Shown here piece after piece: positions 4,813-12,491 of a stretch of DNA of 12,491 bases; positions within the stretch are counted from its first letter, which is position 1, and each line of letters starts with the position of its first letter. Where the stretch lies: assembly GCA_963787125.1 (NCBI GenBank), contig CAWBBV010000013.1:1-12491 (forward strand). Direction: 5' to 3'. The notes beneath the pieces were generated by a model that ran no database searches, was not told where the DNA came from, and saw nothing but the letters and a program-made list of their open reading frames with translations. The position numbers and the translations under genes were made by a program. The stretch comes from an uncultured delta proteobacterium. Its GTDB lineage: Bacteria; Desulfobacterota; Desulfuromonadia; Geobacterales; DSM-12255.

Positions 4813-7512
4813 ATGCAATACGTCATCGACAGGTACTTCCCGGATGAGACTCAAGGGGGCGGGGATTCAGGCAGGGCTTCCTTTGAGGAGAAGCGACCGC
4901 TCTACCTGGCCGGTTCGCGCCGGTTTCTGGCCCATTATCGAGAAAAGATCAAAGAGCATCACCTCCAGGGGGCCAGCGGCATTGAGGTTGTCAGCGAGAT
5001 AACCGCCATGACCGACATGCTGATTCTTAAGCTCTACAATTCCATTCTGGGGGATATGGCTGCGGAGAGAGTTCCGCCTGAAATGGTGCTGGTGGCTGTC
5101 GGCGGTTATGGCAGGGCAGAGTTGAACCCGTATTCCGATATTGACATCATGTTTTTGCACAACGGGAAAAACCCCCAGGCTGTCGAGGAAATTTCGCAAA
5201 AGCTGCTTTATTTTCTCTGGGATATGAAACTGGATGTCGGCTATTCGGTCAGGACAATCAGTGACTGCATCGAGATGGGGAAGAGTGACTCCACTGTCAG
5301 AACGGCCATGCTGGACAGCCGCTTTCTTGCCGGGGGGGAAGCTCTTTTTGCGGAATTCTGGAAAAGTTTTCAGCGGCAGATACTTGCTAAAGGGAGCGAT
5401 GCTTTCATAAATGACAAACTTCAGGAACTGGAAACCCGCAGGGGCAAATACGGTTCTTCGGTTTATATTCTGGAGCCCAATATCAAGGAGAGCGAGGGTG
5501 GTCTCCGTGATATCCAGACAGCGATCTGGGTGGCAAAACTCAAGTACAAGATCACTGCCACGCGTGAACTTGTTATCAAGGGGATTCTCTCGGAAGAGGA
5601 GGTTGTCGCGTTCGAGGCGGCCAAATCCTATCTCTGGCGGCTCAGAAACGAACTCCACTATCTTTCCGGGAGAAAGAATGACCAGTTAACCTTTGAAGCC
5701 CAGATTTCGCTGGCAGCTTTCTGTGGCTTTAAAGATCACGGCAAATCACTTGCTGTTGAAGAGTTCATGCGCGACTACTACCTGCAGGCGGCCAGAACCG
5801 AGCATCTTTCAGCCTCGCTCACCTCCAGGTGCAAAAGGCGAGACGACAGCCCCGGCAAGATCCTTGGTTATTTCATCAGACGACCGCTTGGCGATGGTTT
5901 TTTTGTTATCCGGGGTGAGCTGACTGTTCCGGATGAAACTGTTGTTGACGAGAACCATTTTTTGCTGATGAAGATTTTCGAGCATGCCCAGAAACAGGGG
6001 GCGCGTCTGTCTGTGGATACAAAGTCACTGGTAAGGCGCAAGCTTGACCTGGTCAACGACAGATTCCGGCGCAGCAAGGAGGTTAACAACTCTTTTTTTA
6101 ATATTTTAAGGGCTGACAAGGGGGTTGTGGAGACCATCAAGCTGATGCATCATCTTGAGTTTCTCAATCACTTCATCCCTGAATTTGAGCGGATCCACTG
6201 CAAGGTGCAGCACGATCTCTATCACGTTTTCACGGTTGATATCCATACACTCTTCTGCGTGGAAGAGATAGTCCGGCTCTGGCAGGGGGAACATGCGGCC
6301 GATCTTCCTGATCTTACCGCTCTTGCCACCCAGATTCAAAAACGGGAGCTGTTGCTCCTTGCCGTTCTGCTTCACGATATCGGCAAGGGTGAAGGGGGCG
6401 GTCATGCGGAAAAAGGGGCAATTCTTTGCCGGACAATTGCCCGGCGGATGGGGTTGTCAAAGGAAGATAGCGAACGGCTGGAGTTTCTGGTCAGGCAGCA
6501 TCTGCTCTTCGCCCACATTGCCCAGCGGCGTGACCTCCATGACGAACGGATGATTATTGACTTTGCCCGCCAGATGGAGAGCAGTGAAAACCTCAAAATG
6601 CTTTATCTGCTTAGTTATGCAGACGTCAGGGGGGTTGGCCCGGATGTCTGGAACGACTGGAAAAAAATGCTTTTCAGGGAGCTTTTCGATAAAACCTATC
6701 AGGTGCTTGAGCGGGGTGATTTCCGCCTTGAAGCGAGCAGCGAGAGAGTGAAAGCGGTGCGGCGCAAGGTTACAGTCCTCCTTGAGAATGATCTGCCGCT
6801 GCCTGCCGTCAAGGAGGAGTTGAAAGCGCTGACAACCAGGCATACACTGTCAAATGCCCCTGAGGAGCTGGCGGCTCATGTCAAAATTCTCCACCGGCTT
6901 GATAGTGAGCCGCTGATCATGCAGGTCAGCCATCGGGAGGATCTGGGGTTCTCACTGTTTACCATTGCCACCAGGGATATGCCGGCACTTTTCGCTAAAA
7001 TAACCGGTGTCATGGCCGCCAACGGTGTCAATATTCTGGGTGCACAGATTCATACCAGCAATAACGGCAAAGCCCTTGATATCCTGCAGGTTAATTCACC
7101 TCAGGGCTTTTTGATAACTGACGAGAACCGCTGGAATCGAATCAAGGGTGACATGCAGGCGGTGCTCGAAGGTAAAGTCATGGTGCAGGCGCTTGTGGCG
7201 AAACGGAAACTTGCAAATTCAGCTTCGGAAAAATCCAAACCCAAGTTTTCGCCAAGAATCGAAATCGACAATGAAGTTTCAGTCGATTACAGCGTCATTG
7301 ATATTTATACCCATGATAAAGTTGGTCTGCTCTACAGCATAACGGCCTGCCTGAGTGAACTGGGACTCTACATCGGTGTTGCCAAGATTTCGACAAAAGT
7401 CGATCAGGTTGCCGACGTTTTTTATGTACGGGATATTTTCGGACACAAGCTTGCTTCTGCAGAGAAGTTGGATGAGGTCAGAAACAGGCTGTTGGAATCT
7501 CTTGCCGCATGA
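4813..7512 (+). CDS. glnD: [Protein-PII] uridylyltransferase / uridylyl-removing enzyme
   Basis: 899 aa. NTase motif AVGGYGRAELNPYSDIDIMFLH, EPNIKESEGGLRDI, HD domain (H.FTVDIH, LLHDIGKG), and two C-terminal ACT domains. AAGGAG SD at 4802-4807. Confidence 0.97.
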   Translation: MQYVIDRYFPDETQGGGDSGRASFEEKRPLYLAGSRRFLAHYREKIKEHHLQGASGIEVVSEITAMTDMLILKLYNSILGDMAAERVPPEMVLVAVGGYGRAELNPYSDIDIMFLHNGKNPQAVEEISQKLLYFLWDMKLDVGYSVRTISDCIEMGKSDSTVRTAMLDSRFLAGGEALFAEFWKSFQRQILAKGSDAFINDKLQELETRRGKYGSSVYILEPNIKESEGGLRDIQTAIWVAKLKYKITATRELVIKGILSEEEVVAFEAAKSYLWRLRNELHYLSGRKNDQLTFEAQISLAAFCGFKDHGKSLAVEEFMRDYYLQAARTEHLSASLTSRCKRRDDSPGKILGYFIRRPLGDGFFVIRGELTVPDETVVDENHFLLMKIFEHAQKQGARLSVDTKSLVRRKLDLVNDRFRRSKEVNNSFFNILRADKGVVETIKLMHHLEFLNHFIPEFERIHCKVQHDLYHVFTVDIHTLFCVEEIVRLWQGEHAADLPDLTALATQIQKRELLLLAVLLHDIGKGEGGGHAEKGAILCRTIARRMGLSKEDSERLEFLVRQHLLFAHIAQRRDLHDERMIIDFARQMESSENLKMLYLLSYADVRGVGPDVWNDWKKMLFRELFDKTYQVLERGDFRLEASSERVKAVRRKVTVLLENDLPLPAVKEELKALTTRHTLSNAPEELAAHVKILHRLDSEPLIMQVSHREDLGFSLFTIATRDMPALFAKITGVMAANGVNILGAQIHTSNNGKALDILQVNSPQGFLITDENRWNRIKGDMQAVLEGKVMVQALVAKRKLANSASEKSKPKFSPRIEIDNEVSVDYSVIDIYTHDKVGLLYSITACLSELGLYIGVAKISTKVDQVADVFYVRDIFGHKLASAEKLDEVRNRLLESLAA

Positions 7513-8396
7513 ACAATTATCTCGACCTCTTTCTTGCCTATCTCCTTGTGGAGAAGGGGTTGACAAAGAACAGTCTGACAGCATACAGTCACGATATCAC
7601 GACCTATCTTGATTGCCTCGAAAAGGCCGGCTGCAGTGATTTGAAGCAGGTGCGTCCGACGGATGTTGCCGGTTTCATCGCGGAACTTAAAGCCTTCGGG
7701 CTGTCCCCGCGCAGCCGGGCGAGAGCTCTTTCGGCAGTCAGGATGTTTCACCGTTTTCTGGTCGTGGAGAACTACTGCGAATTCAATCCTACGTCCGTCA
7801 TAGAATCTCCCCGGATGCCCGGTAAACTGCCGTCAGTGCTATCAATGAGCGATGTGGAAGCTCTTTTGAATGCTCCTTCCGGAAACTCGCTGGCAGATAT
7901 CCGTGACCGTGCCATGTTGCAGCTCCTTTATGCAACCGGCTTAAGGGTGACCGAGCTGGTCTCTCTGAAAATAACCGACGTCAATCTGCAGGCAGGTTAT
8001 CTGCTGACTTCCGGCAAAGGTGAGAAAGAGCGGCTTATCCCGGTCGGCGAAGCTGCCAAAGCTGCACTGACAGACTATCTCCTTGCTGCCAGAGGGAAAC
8101 CGCCAGTCGCCGGGGAGAGCCGCTTTCTTTTTTTAAGCCGTCTGGGTGAAAAGATGTCCCGGCAGTCATTCTGGAACATTATCAAAAAAAGGGCGTTTGA
8201 GGCGGGGATCGTCAAGAGTATTTCACCCCATACCCTCAGACATTCGTTTGCTTCCCATCTGCTGGAAAATGGCGCGGATCTCCGTAGTGTCCAGATGATG
8301 CTCGGCCATGCCGACCTTGCCACAACCCAGATCTACACCCATCTGTCCGGTGACAGACTTAAACAGATACATAAAGAGCTGCACCCGCGAGGGTGA
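7509..8396 (+). CDS. xerD: Site-specific tyrosine recombinase XerD
   Basis: 295 aa. RDRAMLQLLYATGLRVTELV, GKGEKERLIP, HTLRHSFASHLLENGADLRSVQMMLGHADLATTQIYTH, and C-terminal HPRG. ATGA overlap with glnD. Confidence 0.95.
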   Translation: MNNYLDLFLAYLLVEKGLTKNSLTAYSHDITTYLDCLEKAGCSDLKQVRPTDVAGFIAELKAFGLSPRSRARALSAVRMFHRFLVVENYCEFNPTSVIESPRMPGKLPSVLSMSDVEALLNAPSGNSLADIRDRAMLQLLYATGLRVTELVSLKITDVNLQAGYLLTSGKGEKERLIPVGEAAKAALTDYLLAARGKPPVAGESRFLFLSRLGEKMSRQSFWNIIKKRAFEAGIVKSISPHTLRHSFASHLLENGADLRSVQMMLGHADLATTQIYTHLSGDRLKQIHKELHPRG

Positions 8397-8418
8397 TTTT
8401 TTTGAAGGGGATAATAAG

Positions 8419-9618
8419 ATGAAATATGTAGTTCTTCTTGGTGACGGGATGTCGGATGAAAAGCTGGCGCAGCTTGATGGTAAAACACCGCTGCAGGCTG
8501 CATACACTCCGAATATGGATTTTATGGCAAAACGCGGCAGGATCGGTCTGGCCCGGACCGTACCCGCCGGTTATCCGCCGGGGAGTGATGTCGCAAATCT
8601 GTCGGTGTTCGGCTATGACCCCCGCAGCTGTTATACGGGGAGATCCCCACTGGAGGCTGCGAGCATGGGGATTGAACTCGCCCCTGATGACGTTGCTTTC
8701 AGGATTAATCTTGTCAATCTGGAAGCTCGGGGCACAACGCTGCTCATGAAGGATTACTCTGCCGGGCATATCTCTACCGAAGAGGGGCGTGAGCTGATTC
8801 TTGCCCTGCAAAAAGAGCTTGGCAATGACGAGTTCCAGTTTTACCCCGGCATCAGCTACCGGCATCTGCTTGTCTGGCGGGGAGGCAACGAGAAGATAAT
8901 TGCCACTCCGCCCCACGATATCACCGGCCAGTCGATCCTTGACTATCTGCCGACGGGGGACGGCGCCGAAAAGCTGATGAATCTGATGAACGCTTCCCAG
9001 CTGGTTTTTCATAATCATCCGCAGCATAAAAAGCGGCTTGAGAGCGGTAAAGTGCCGGCTAACTCGGCCTGGTTCTGGGGGCAGGGCAAAGCCCCGCAGA
9101 TGGAAACTTATGCAGCCAGATTCGGGCTTTGCGGCGCTGTCATCTCTGCCGTTGATCTGGTGCGCGGCATCGGTGTTTATGCCGGCCTGGAGATAATCAA
9201 GGTTGACGGTGCAACCGGTTATATCGATACAAACTACCGTGGCAAGGCAGAGGCCGCGCTTAAAGCGCTGGAAAAATCCGACTACGTTTACCTTCATGTC
9301 GAGGCCCCCGACGAAGCATCCCACAGCGGTAATCTCGAACACAAACTGAAAGCGATAGAAGATTTTGACGCCCTGGTCGTCGGCACAGTTCTGGAAGGGG
9401 CCAAGAAGTTCGGCGACTTCAGAATTCTCTGCACCCCTGATCACCCGACACCTGTTGCCCGGATGACCCACACCAGTGATCCCGTCCCTTTTATCATCTA
9501 CGCTGGTGAAGCAGACGAGAAGCCGGGTGTTGCCGGCTATGACGAAGATTCTGCCAGGGCTTCCGGGCTGTTTGTCGAGGATGGCTTCAGGCTGATGGAG
9601 CTTTTGACAGGGAGTTAG
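8419..9618 (+). CDS. apgM: Cofactor-independent phosphoglycerate mutase, ApgM (archaeal-type) family, 399 aa
   Basis: Starts MKYVVLLGDGMSD at ATG 8419 with GAAGGGG upstream. Contains GKTPLQAA.TPNMD, PGSDVANL, YTGRSPLEAA, HVEAPDEASH and TPDHPTP metalloenzyme motifs. Confidence 0.93.
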   Translation: MKYVVLLGDGMSDEKLAQLDGKTPLQAAYTPNMDFMAKRGRIGLARTVPAGYPPGSDVANLSVFGYDPRSCYTGRSPLEAASMGIELAPDDVAFRINLVNLEARGTTLLMKDYSAGHISTEEGRELILALQKELGNDEFQFYPGISYRHLLVWRGGNEKIIATPPHDITGQSILDYLPTGDGAEKLMNLMNASQLVFHNHPQHKKRLESGKVPANSAWFWGQGKAPQMETYAARFGLCGAVISAVDLVRGIGVYAGLEIIKVDGATGYIDTNYRGKAEAALKALEKSDYVYLHVEAPDEASHSGNLEHKLKAIEDFDALVVGTVLEGAKKFGDFRILCTPDHPTPVARMTHTSDPVPFIIYAGEADEKPGVAGYDEDSARASGLFVEDGFRLMELLTGS

Positions 9619-9628
9619 GGCGACAGGG

Positions 9629-10132
9629 TCAGATTTTGACGATTCTCAGGAAGATGATATTGTCGATTTTGTCGGCAGAGATGAACAGCTCAACTTCTTC
9701 GTTATTTTCTGAAGAGCAGTGATCCAGGTGTGCCGGAATATCACGGATGCTTTGACCGGAACTGAAAGCGTCACTGGTGACGATCCGGATGGCGCAACCG
9801 CTACAATGGACTCTTTTTTTGCACCCTTGCGGTAGGCGTGCATGGGCGCATTCAAAGATCTTTTCCTGCCATGAGACAGCTTCGATAACCGCTTTGCCTT
9901 TATACGCAGTAGTCGCGGCTCGGTTTACTCCGATCAGGGAGCCGTTGCCGTTCAGGGCGACAATGGGGATTTTGATGCTGTCCAGATAGGTTTTTAATGA
10001 AACGCCGAGCTGGAAGTCAAGGTTGTCTGCACAGTCAGGGCAGATGCTATGGGTCACCAGACCTTTTGACGCCTTATCGCCGGTGTTCACCGGACTCATA
10101 GGCTTGTTGCACCACGCACAGACTCTCTTCAT
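9629..10132 (-). CDS. Small Cys-rich protein: N-terminal CxxC...HxxCxxC module plus a PAS-like domain with Cx8Cx5Cx2C
   Basis: 167 aa with AAGGA SD upstream of the ATG. Contains CAWC, HSICPDC, PAS-like YLDSIKIPIVALNGNGSLIGVNRAA, and CAHARLPQGCKKRVHCSGCAIR. Confidence 0.78.
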   Translation of the reverse strand: MKRVCAWCNKPMSPVNTGDKASKGLVTHSICPDCADNLDFQLGVSLKTYLDSIKIPIVALNGNGSLIGVNRAATTAYKGKAVIEAVSWQEKIFECAHARLPQGCKKRVHCSGCAIRIVTSDAFSSGQSIRDIPAHLDHCSSENNEEVELFISADKIDNIIFLRIVKI

Positions 10133-10328
10133 GAGACTTTTCCTTGCCCTGGACTGACAATCACCGGAGTAGAACAGTTTTATTACTTTTTAATTCTATA
10201 CGTATCAGTGTGCTGTTTTCAATCCGTTTAATCTTATAAAATTCTATTAAAAGGGCCTGAATCAACTGCATTATCCTGTTTGGTTCCGAGCCACTGACCC
10301 CCCTCTCAAGGGGAAAGGCGACCTGTAT

Positions 10329-11543
10329 ATGCTCCAGTTTGATGAAGCGCGAGATCTTATTCTTGACTCTGTAAAGCCGTTGCCGCCGACAACCCTGTCT
10401 CCCCTGCAGGCTCTTGGCATGGTGGCAGCGGAGACGGTATCAGCCAGGTGGAGTCTCCCCTCTTTTGATAACTCTGCCATGGATGGATATGCTGTCAGGG
10501 CTCATGAATGCAGCGTCTCAGCTGAGCTGCCGGTCGTTGGTGCGGTTATGGCGGGCGAGTCCCTGCTGGAAGAGTCTCTGCCCTGCTCGGCCATCAAAAT
10601 AATGACCGGCGCACCAATTCCGCCCGGATTTGATGCCGTAATCCCTTTTGAGGAGTTGCTGGCTGAAAGCGGCGACAGAATCACCACTCCTTCAGTGGTT
10701 AAAAAGGGGCAGCATATTCGCTTTGCCGGTGAAGATATGAACCTTGGCGACCCTGTTGTCACTGCCGGGACTCTGATCCGGCCGGCAGAGGTCAGCATGC
10801 TGGTGGCGGCGGGAGTCATGTCATTGGCAGTGTTCAGGCGGGTTCGGGTAGCCATACTCTCGACCGGTGATGAACTGGTGGAGCCTTCTGAATCGCTGCC
10901 GGACGGGAAAATTATCAACAGTAACGCCTATGCTCTGGCTGCGGCTGTTATGGAGGCAGGTGGCGAGCCTGTCCTTTTGGGGATTGCAGCGGACACACTG
11001 GCAAGCCTGGAGGAGAAGATAGCAGTCGGTCTCACCCATGATGTTCTCATAACGACAGCCGGAGTTTCTGCCGGCGAGCGGGATCTGGTCCGGGAGGTCC
11101 TGGGCGCGGCAGGGGTGGAGCCGTGCTTCTGGAAGGTGGCAGTCAAACCGGGAGGGCCGACAGCTTTTGGCATGAAAGGAGCGGTTCCGGTCTTCTCGCT
11201 CCCCGGAAATCCGGTTTCGTCGCTGCTTACCTTCGAAGAGTTCACCCGGCCGGCACTGTTGCGGATGATGGGGCATGCCGCAACCTTCAGGCCGCTTTTC
11301 AAGGGGGTGCTGGAGGAGGATCTTCAGAAGAAGGCAGGGAAGGCGGGTATCATCAGGCTGAAAGTTAAACGGGATGGCGACACTTTCAGGTTAACCTCTG
11401 CCGGCAATCAGCAGACCGGCCTGCAGAAAACGCTCCTCAATGCCGATGTTGTCGGCATCCTGCCGGCAGAGTGTGCGACCGTCAGAAAAGGAGCAGTGAT
11501 AGATTTTCATTTCCTCCATGACCTGTCAATGCTGACGGCTTAA
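10329..11543 (+). CDS. moeA: Molybdopterin molybdenumtransferase (gephyrin-like)
   Basis: 404 aa. FDNSAMDGYAV, KIMTGAPIP.G.DAV, ILSTGDEL, INSN, KPGGP and LPGNPVSS motifs. Confidence 0.96.
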   Translation: MLQFDEARDLILDSVKPLPPTTLSPLQALGMVAAETVSARWSLPSFDNSAMDGYAVRAHECSVSAELPVVGAVMAGESLLEESLPCSAIKIMTGAPIPPGFDAVIPFEELLAESGDRITTPSVVKKGQHIRFAGEDMNLGDPVVTAGTLIRPAEVSMLVAAGVMSLAVFRRVRVAILSTGDELVEPSESLPDGKIINSNAYALAAAVMEAGGEPVLLGIAADTLASLEEKIAVGLTHDVLITTAGVSAGERDLVREVLGAAGVEPCFWKVAVKPGGPTAFGMKGAVPVFSLPGNPVSSLLTFEEFTRPALLRMMGHAATFRPLFKGVLEEDLQKKAGKAGIIRLKVKRDGDTFRLTSAGNQQTGLQKTLLNADVVGILPAECATVRKGAVIDFHFLHDLSMLTA

Positions 11544-11569
11544 ACAGTCCAGTCACGGTTAAATAAAAT

Positions 11570-11597
11570 GGCTCACGTTTTACGTGGGCCTTTTTTT
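11570..11597 (+). terminator. Rho-independent terminator of moeA
   Basis: GGCTCACGT-TTT-ACGTGGGCC 9-bp stem (one G-U pair) followed by T7, 26 nt after the stop codon. Confidence 0.88.
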
Positions 11598-11608
11598 ATG
11601 CACCATCG

Positions 11609-11974
11609 GCGAGAAATCAAGGCCTTCACGGCCGGATCGCGTTCATCAAAATCGCACTAGCTGCTCGTGGCCCGAGTTCGCGATCCAGCCCGAGATGCAG
11701 TATCGGTCAGGTCGTTCGACCCGATCGACATGCCATCGAAATGGGCCAGAAACTGGTCGGCGAGTATGGCGTTGCTCGGCACCTCGCACATCATGATGAT
11801 GCGCAGGCCGTCCTGACCGCGCTTGAGGCCACGTTCGGCCAGCATGTCGATGACGCGTTCGGCCTGGCGCACCGTGCGCACAAAGGGCACCATGATTTCG
11901 ACATTGCTCAGTCCCATGTCGCTGCGCACGCGCTTGAGCGCTTCGCACTCCATGGCAAAGGCATCGCTGAAGTC
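11609..11974 (-). pseudogene. ppsA: Internal fragment of phosphoenolpyruvate synthase (PEP-binding domain), with indels; probably foreign or artefactual
   Basis: [62 protein letters not shown] at 11705-11974. LGLDR follows in a shifted frame (11680-11694), then DFDERDPAVKALISR (11609-11653) after an in-frame stop. Both ends of the gene are missing. Confidence 0.88.
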
Positions 11975-12109
11975 GCCGCCTTCCGGACCCAGCGCCTGGT
12001 TCACACGCTCGTTCACATCAGGTGCTTGAGGTGCCGGCACCTCCGATGCGAGCAGCGCGCCCGGCCATATCGCTCCGATAGTCACGAGCATGACGACCAT
12101 TATGAACAT
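11975..12109 (-). other. N-terminal fragment of an unrelated secreted protein joined in frame to the ppsA fragment
   Basis: [30 protein letters not shown] looks like a signal peptide with an ALLA cleavage site and is unlike the PpsA sequence expected here (..GFRGA.RY..). Confidence 0.5.
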
Positions 12110-12307
12110 GGCAATATTCTACTGCCGACTCGCGTCTGATTCTACTTCCGTCGCTCCCGCGCGCAGCCGGCTGCGGAACTGTCGTGCGATCCTGTCGTAG
12201 CGTAATGCTATACTCGGAAGCCTGGATAGCCGGTGACGCTCGTGCATCGCAGGTTGTTGAAACATCCTTGAGATCTGGCGCTCTCGCCGGCAGAGGAGGC
12301 GACAGTC

Positions 12308-12491
12308 ATGGCCGTGGCCTTCATGCCCGTCTGTCGGCGCCGTCGGTTCCGCTGAAACATGCCTGGGAGCACACCGTCGGCGGCGGCCGCGCGCTCCTCG
12401 CGTTACGCGCAGGATGGGCAGGAGCAGCAGGCGCTGCCCGCGACGAGCTGATTGGCGGTATGTTCGCTTCCACGCCCTTCTTGCGGACGAG
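12308..12491 (+). pseudogene. 5' fragment of a GH39 beta-xylosidase-like gene with several frameshifts (runs off the window)
   Basis: GAGGAGG SD then ATG at 12308. LSAPSVPLKHAWEHTVGGGRALLALRAGW in a second frame (12331-12417). RYVRFHALLADE in a third frame (12456-12491). These match the GH39 N-terminal pattern W...VG.G.A...LR..W....RYVRFHGLL.D. Confidence 0.7.

Noticed and set aside
7509..8396. Tyrosine recombinase as the integrase of the RM island or an hsdS invertase
   Set aside because: It has canonical XerD features, is translationally coupled to housekeeping glnD, and no inverted silent hsdS copies are present.
8308..8418. Longer start for apgM overlapping xerD
   Set aside because: Family similarity begins at MKYVVLLGDG (8419), which has its own SD.
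8359..9471. Long antisense ORFs (370 aa here; also 72-1010 and 4867-5658)
   Set aside because: They are shadows of well-supported genes on the opposite strand and have no recognisable motifs.
10170..10255. Possible ModE box or inverted repeat (TTTAAT..ATTAAA) upstream of moeA
   Set aside because: No convincing match to the ModE TATAT-N7-TAYAT pattern. Six-bp AT-only repeats are expected by chance in this AT-rich stretch.
11657..12109. 150-aa ORF as a novel secreted PEP-utilising protein
   Set aside because: It is a signal-peptide fragment joined to an internal PpsA piece, and PpsA similarity continues past the stop through indels. Better explained as a chimera.
12150..12360. GTCGCTCCC.. and ..TGAAAC words resembling CRISPR repeat ends
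   Set aside because: Isolated short matches with no repeated unit or periodicity. One lies inside the GH39 fragment.

Overview
Bases 1-11597 read as a coherent Geobacteraceae/Desulfuromonadia-like chromosome segment (taxon inferred from gene content). The left part (1-3862) is the end of a defence island: a 5'-truncated N6-adenine methyltransferase (type I/IIB-like RM subunit), a two-TRD specificity (HsdS-like) ORF, a DUF559/Vsr-like endonuclease and a truncated dinD. Then follow a diheme His-rich lipoprotein cytochrome c (- strand), glnD-xerD-apgM, a small Cys-rich PAS-like protein (- strand) and moeA with a terminator. Two signals stand out. (1) The MTase/specificity junction has the layout of a programmed -1 frameshift: an in-phase T_TTT_TTT, an upstream SD-like AAGGA, a downstream stem-loop, an open -1 frame and no good start for the S ORF. 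It would yield M plus an M-S fusion. (2) Two copies of a nested-hairpin palindromic element are translated in frame, one inside the MTase and one at the DUF559 N-terminus, and they bracket the S gene. The last ~900 bp (11598-12491) are a GC-rich, indel-ridden mosaic (ppsA fragment, signal-peptide fragment, GH39 fragment), most likely a chimeric or low-quality contig end.
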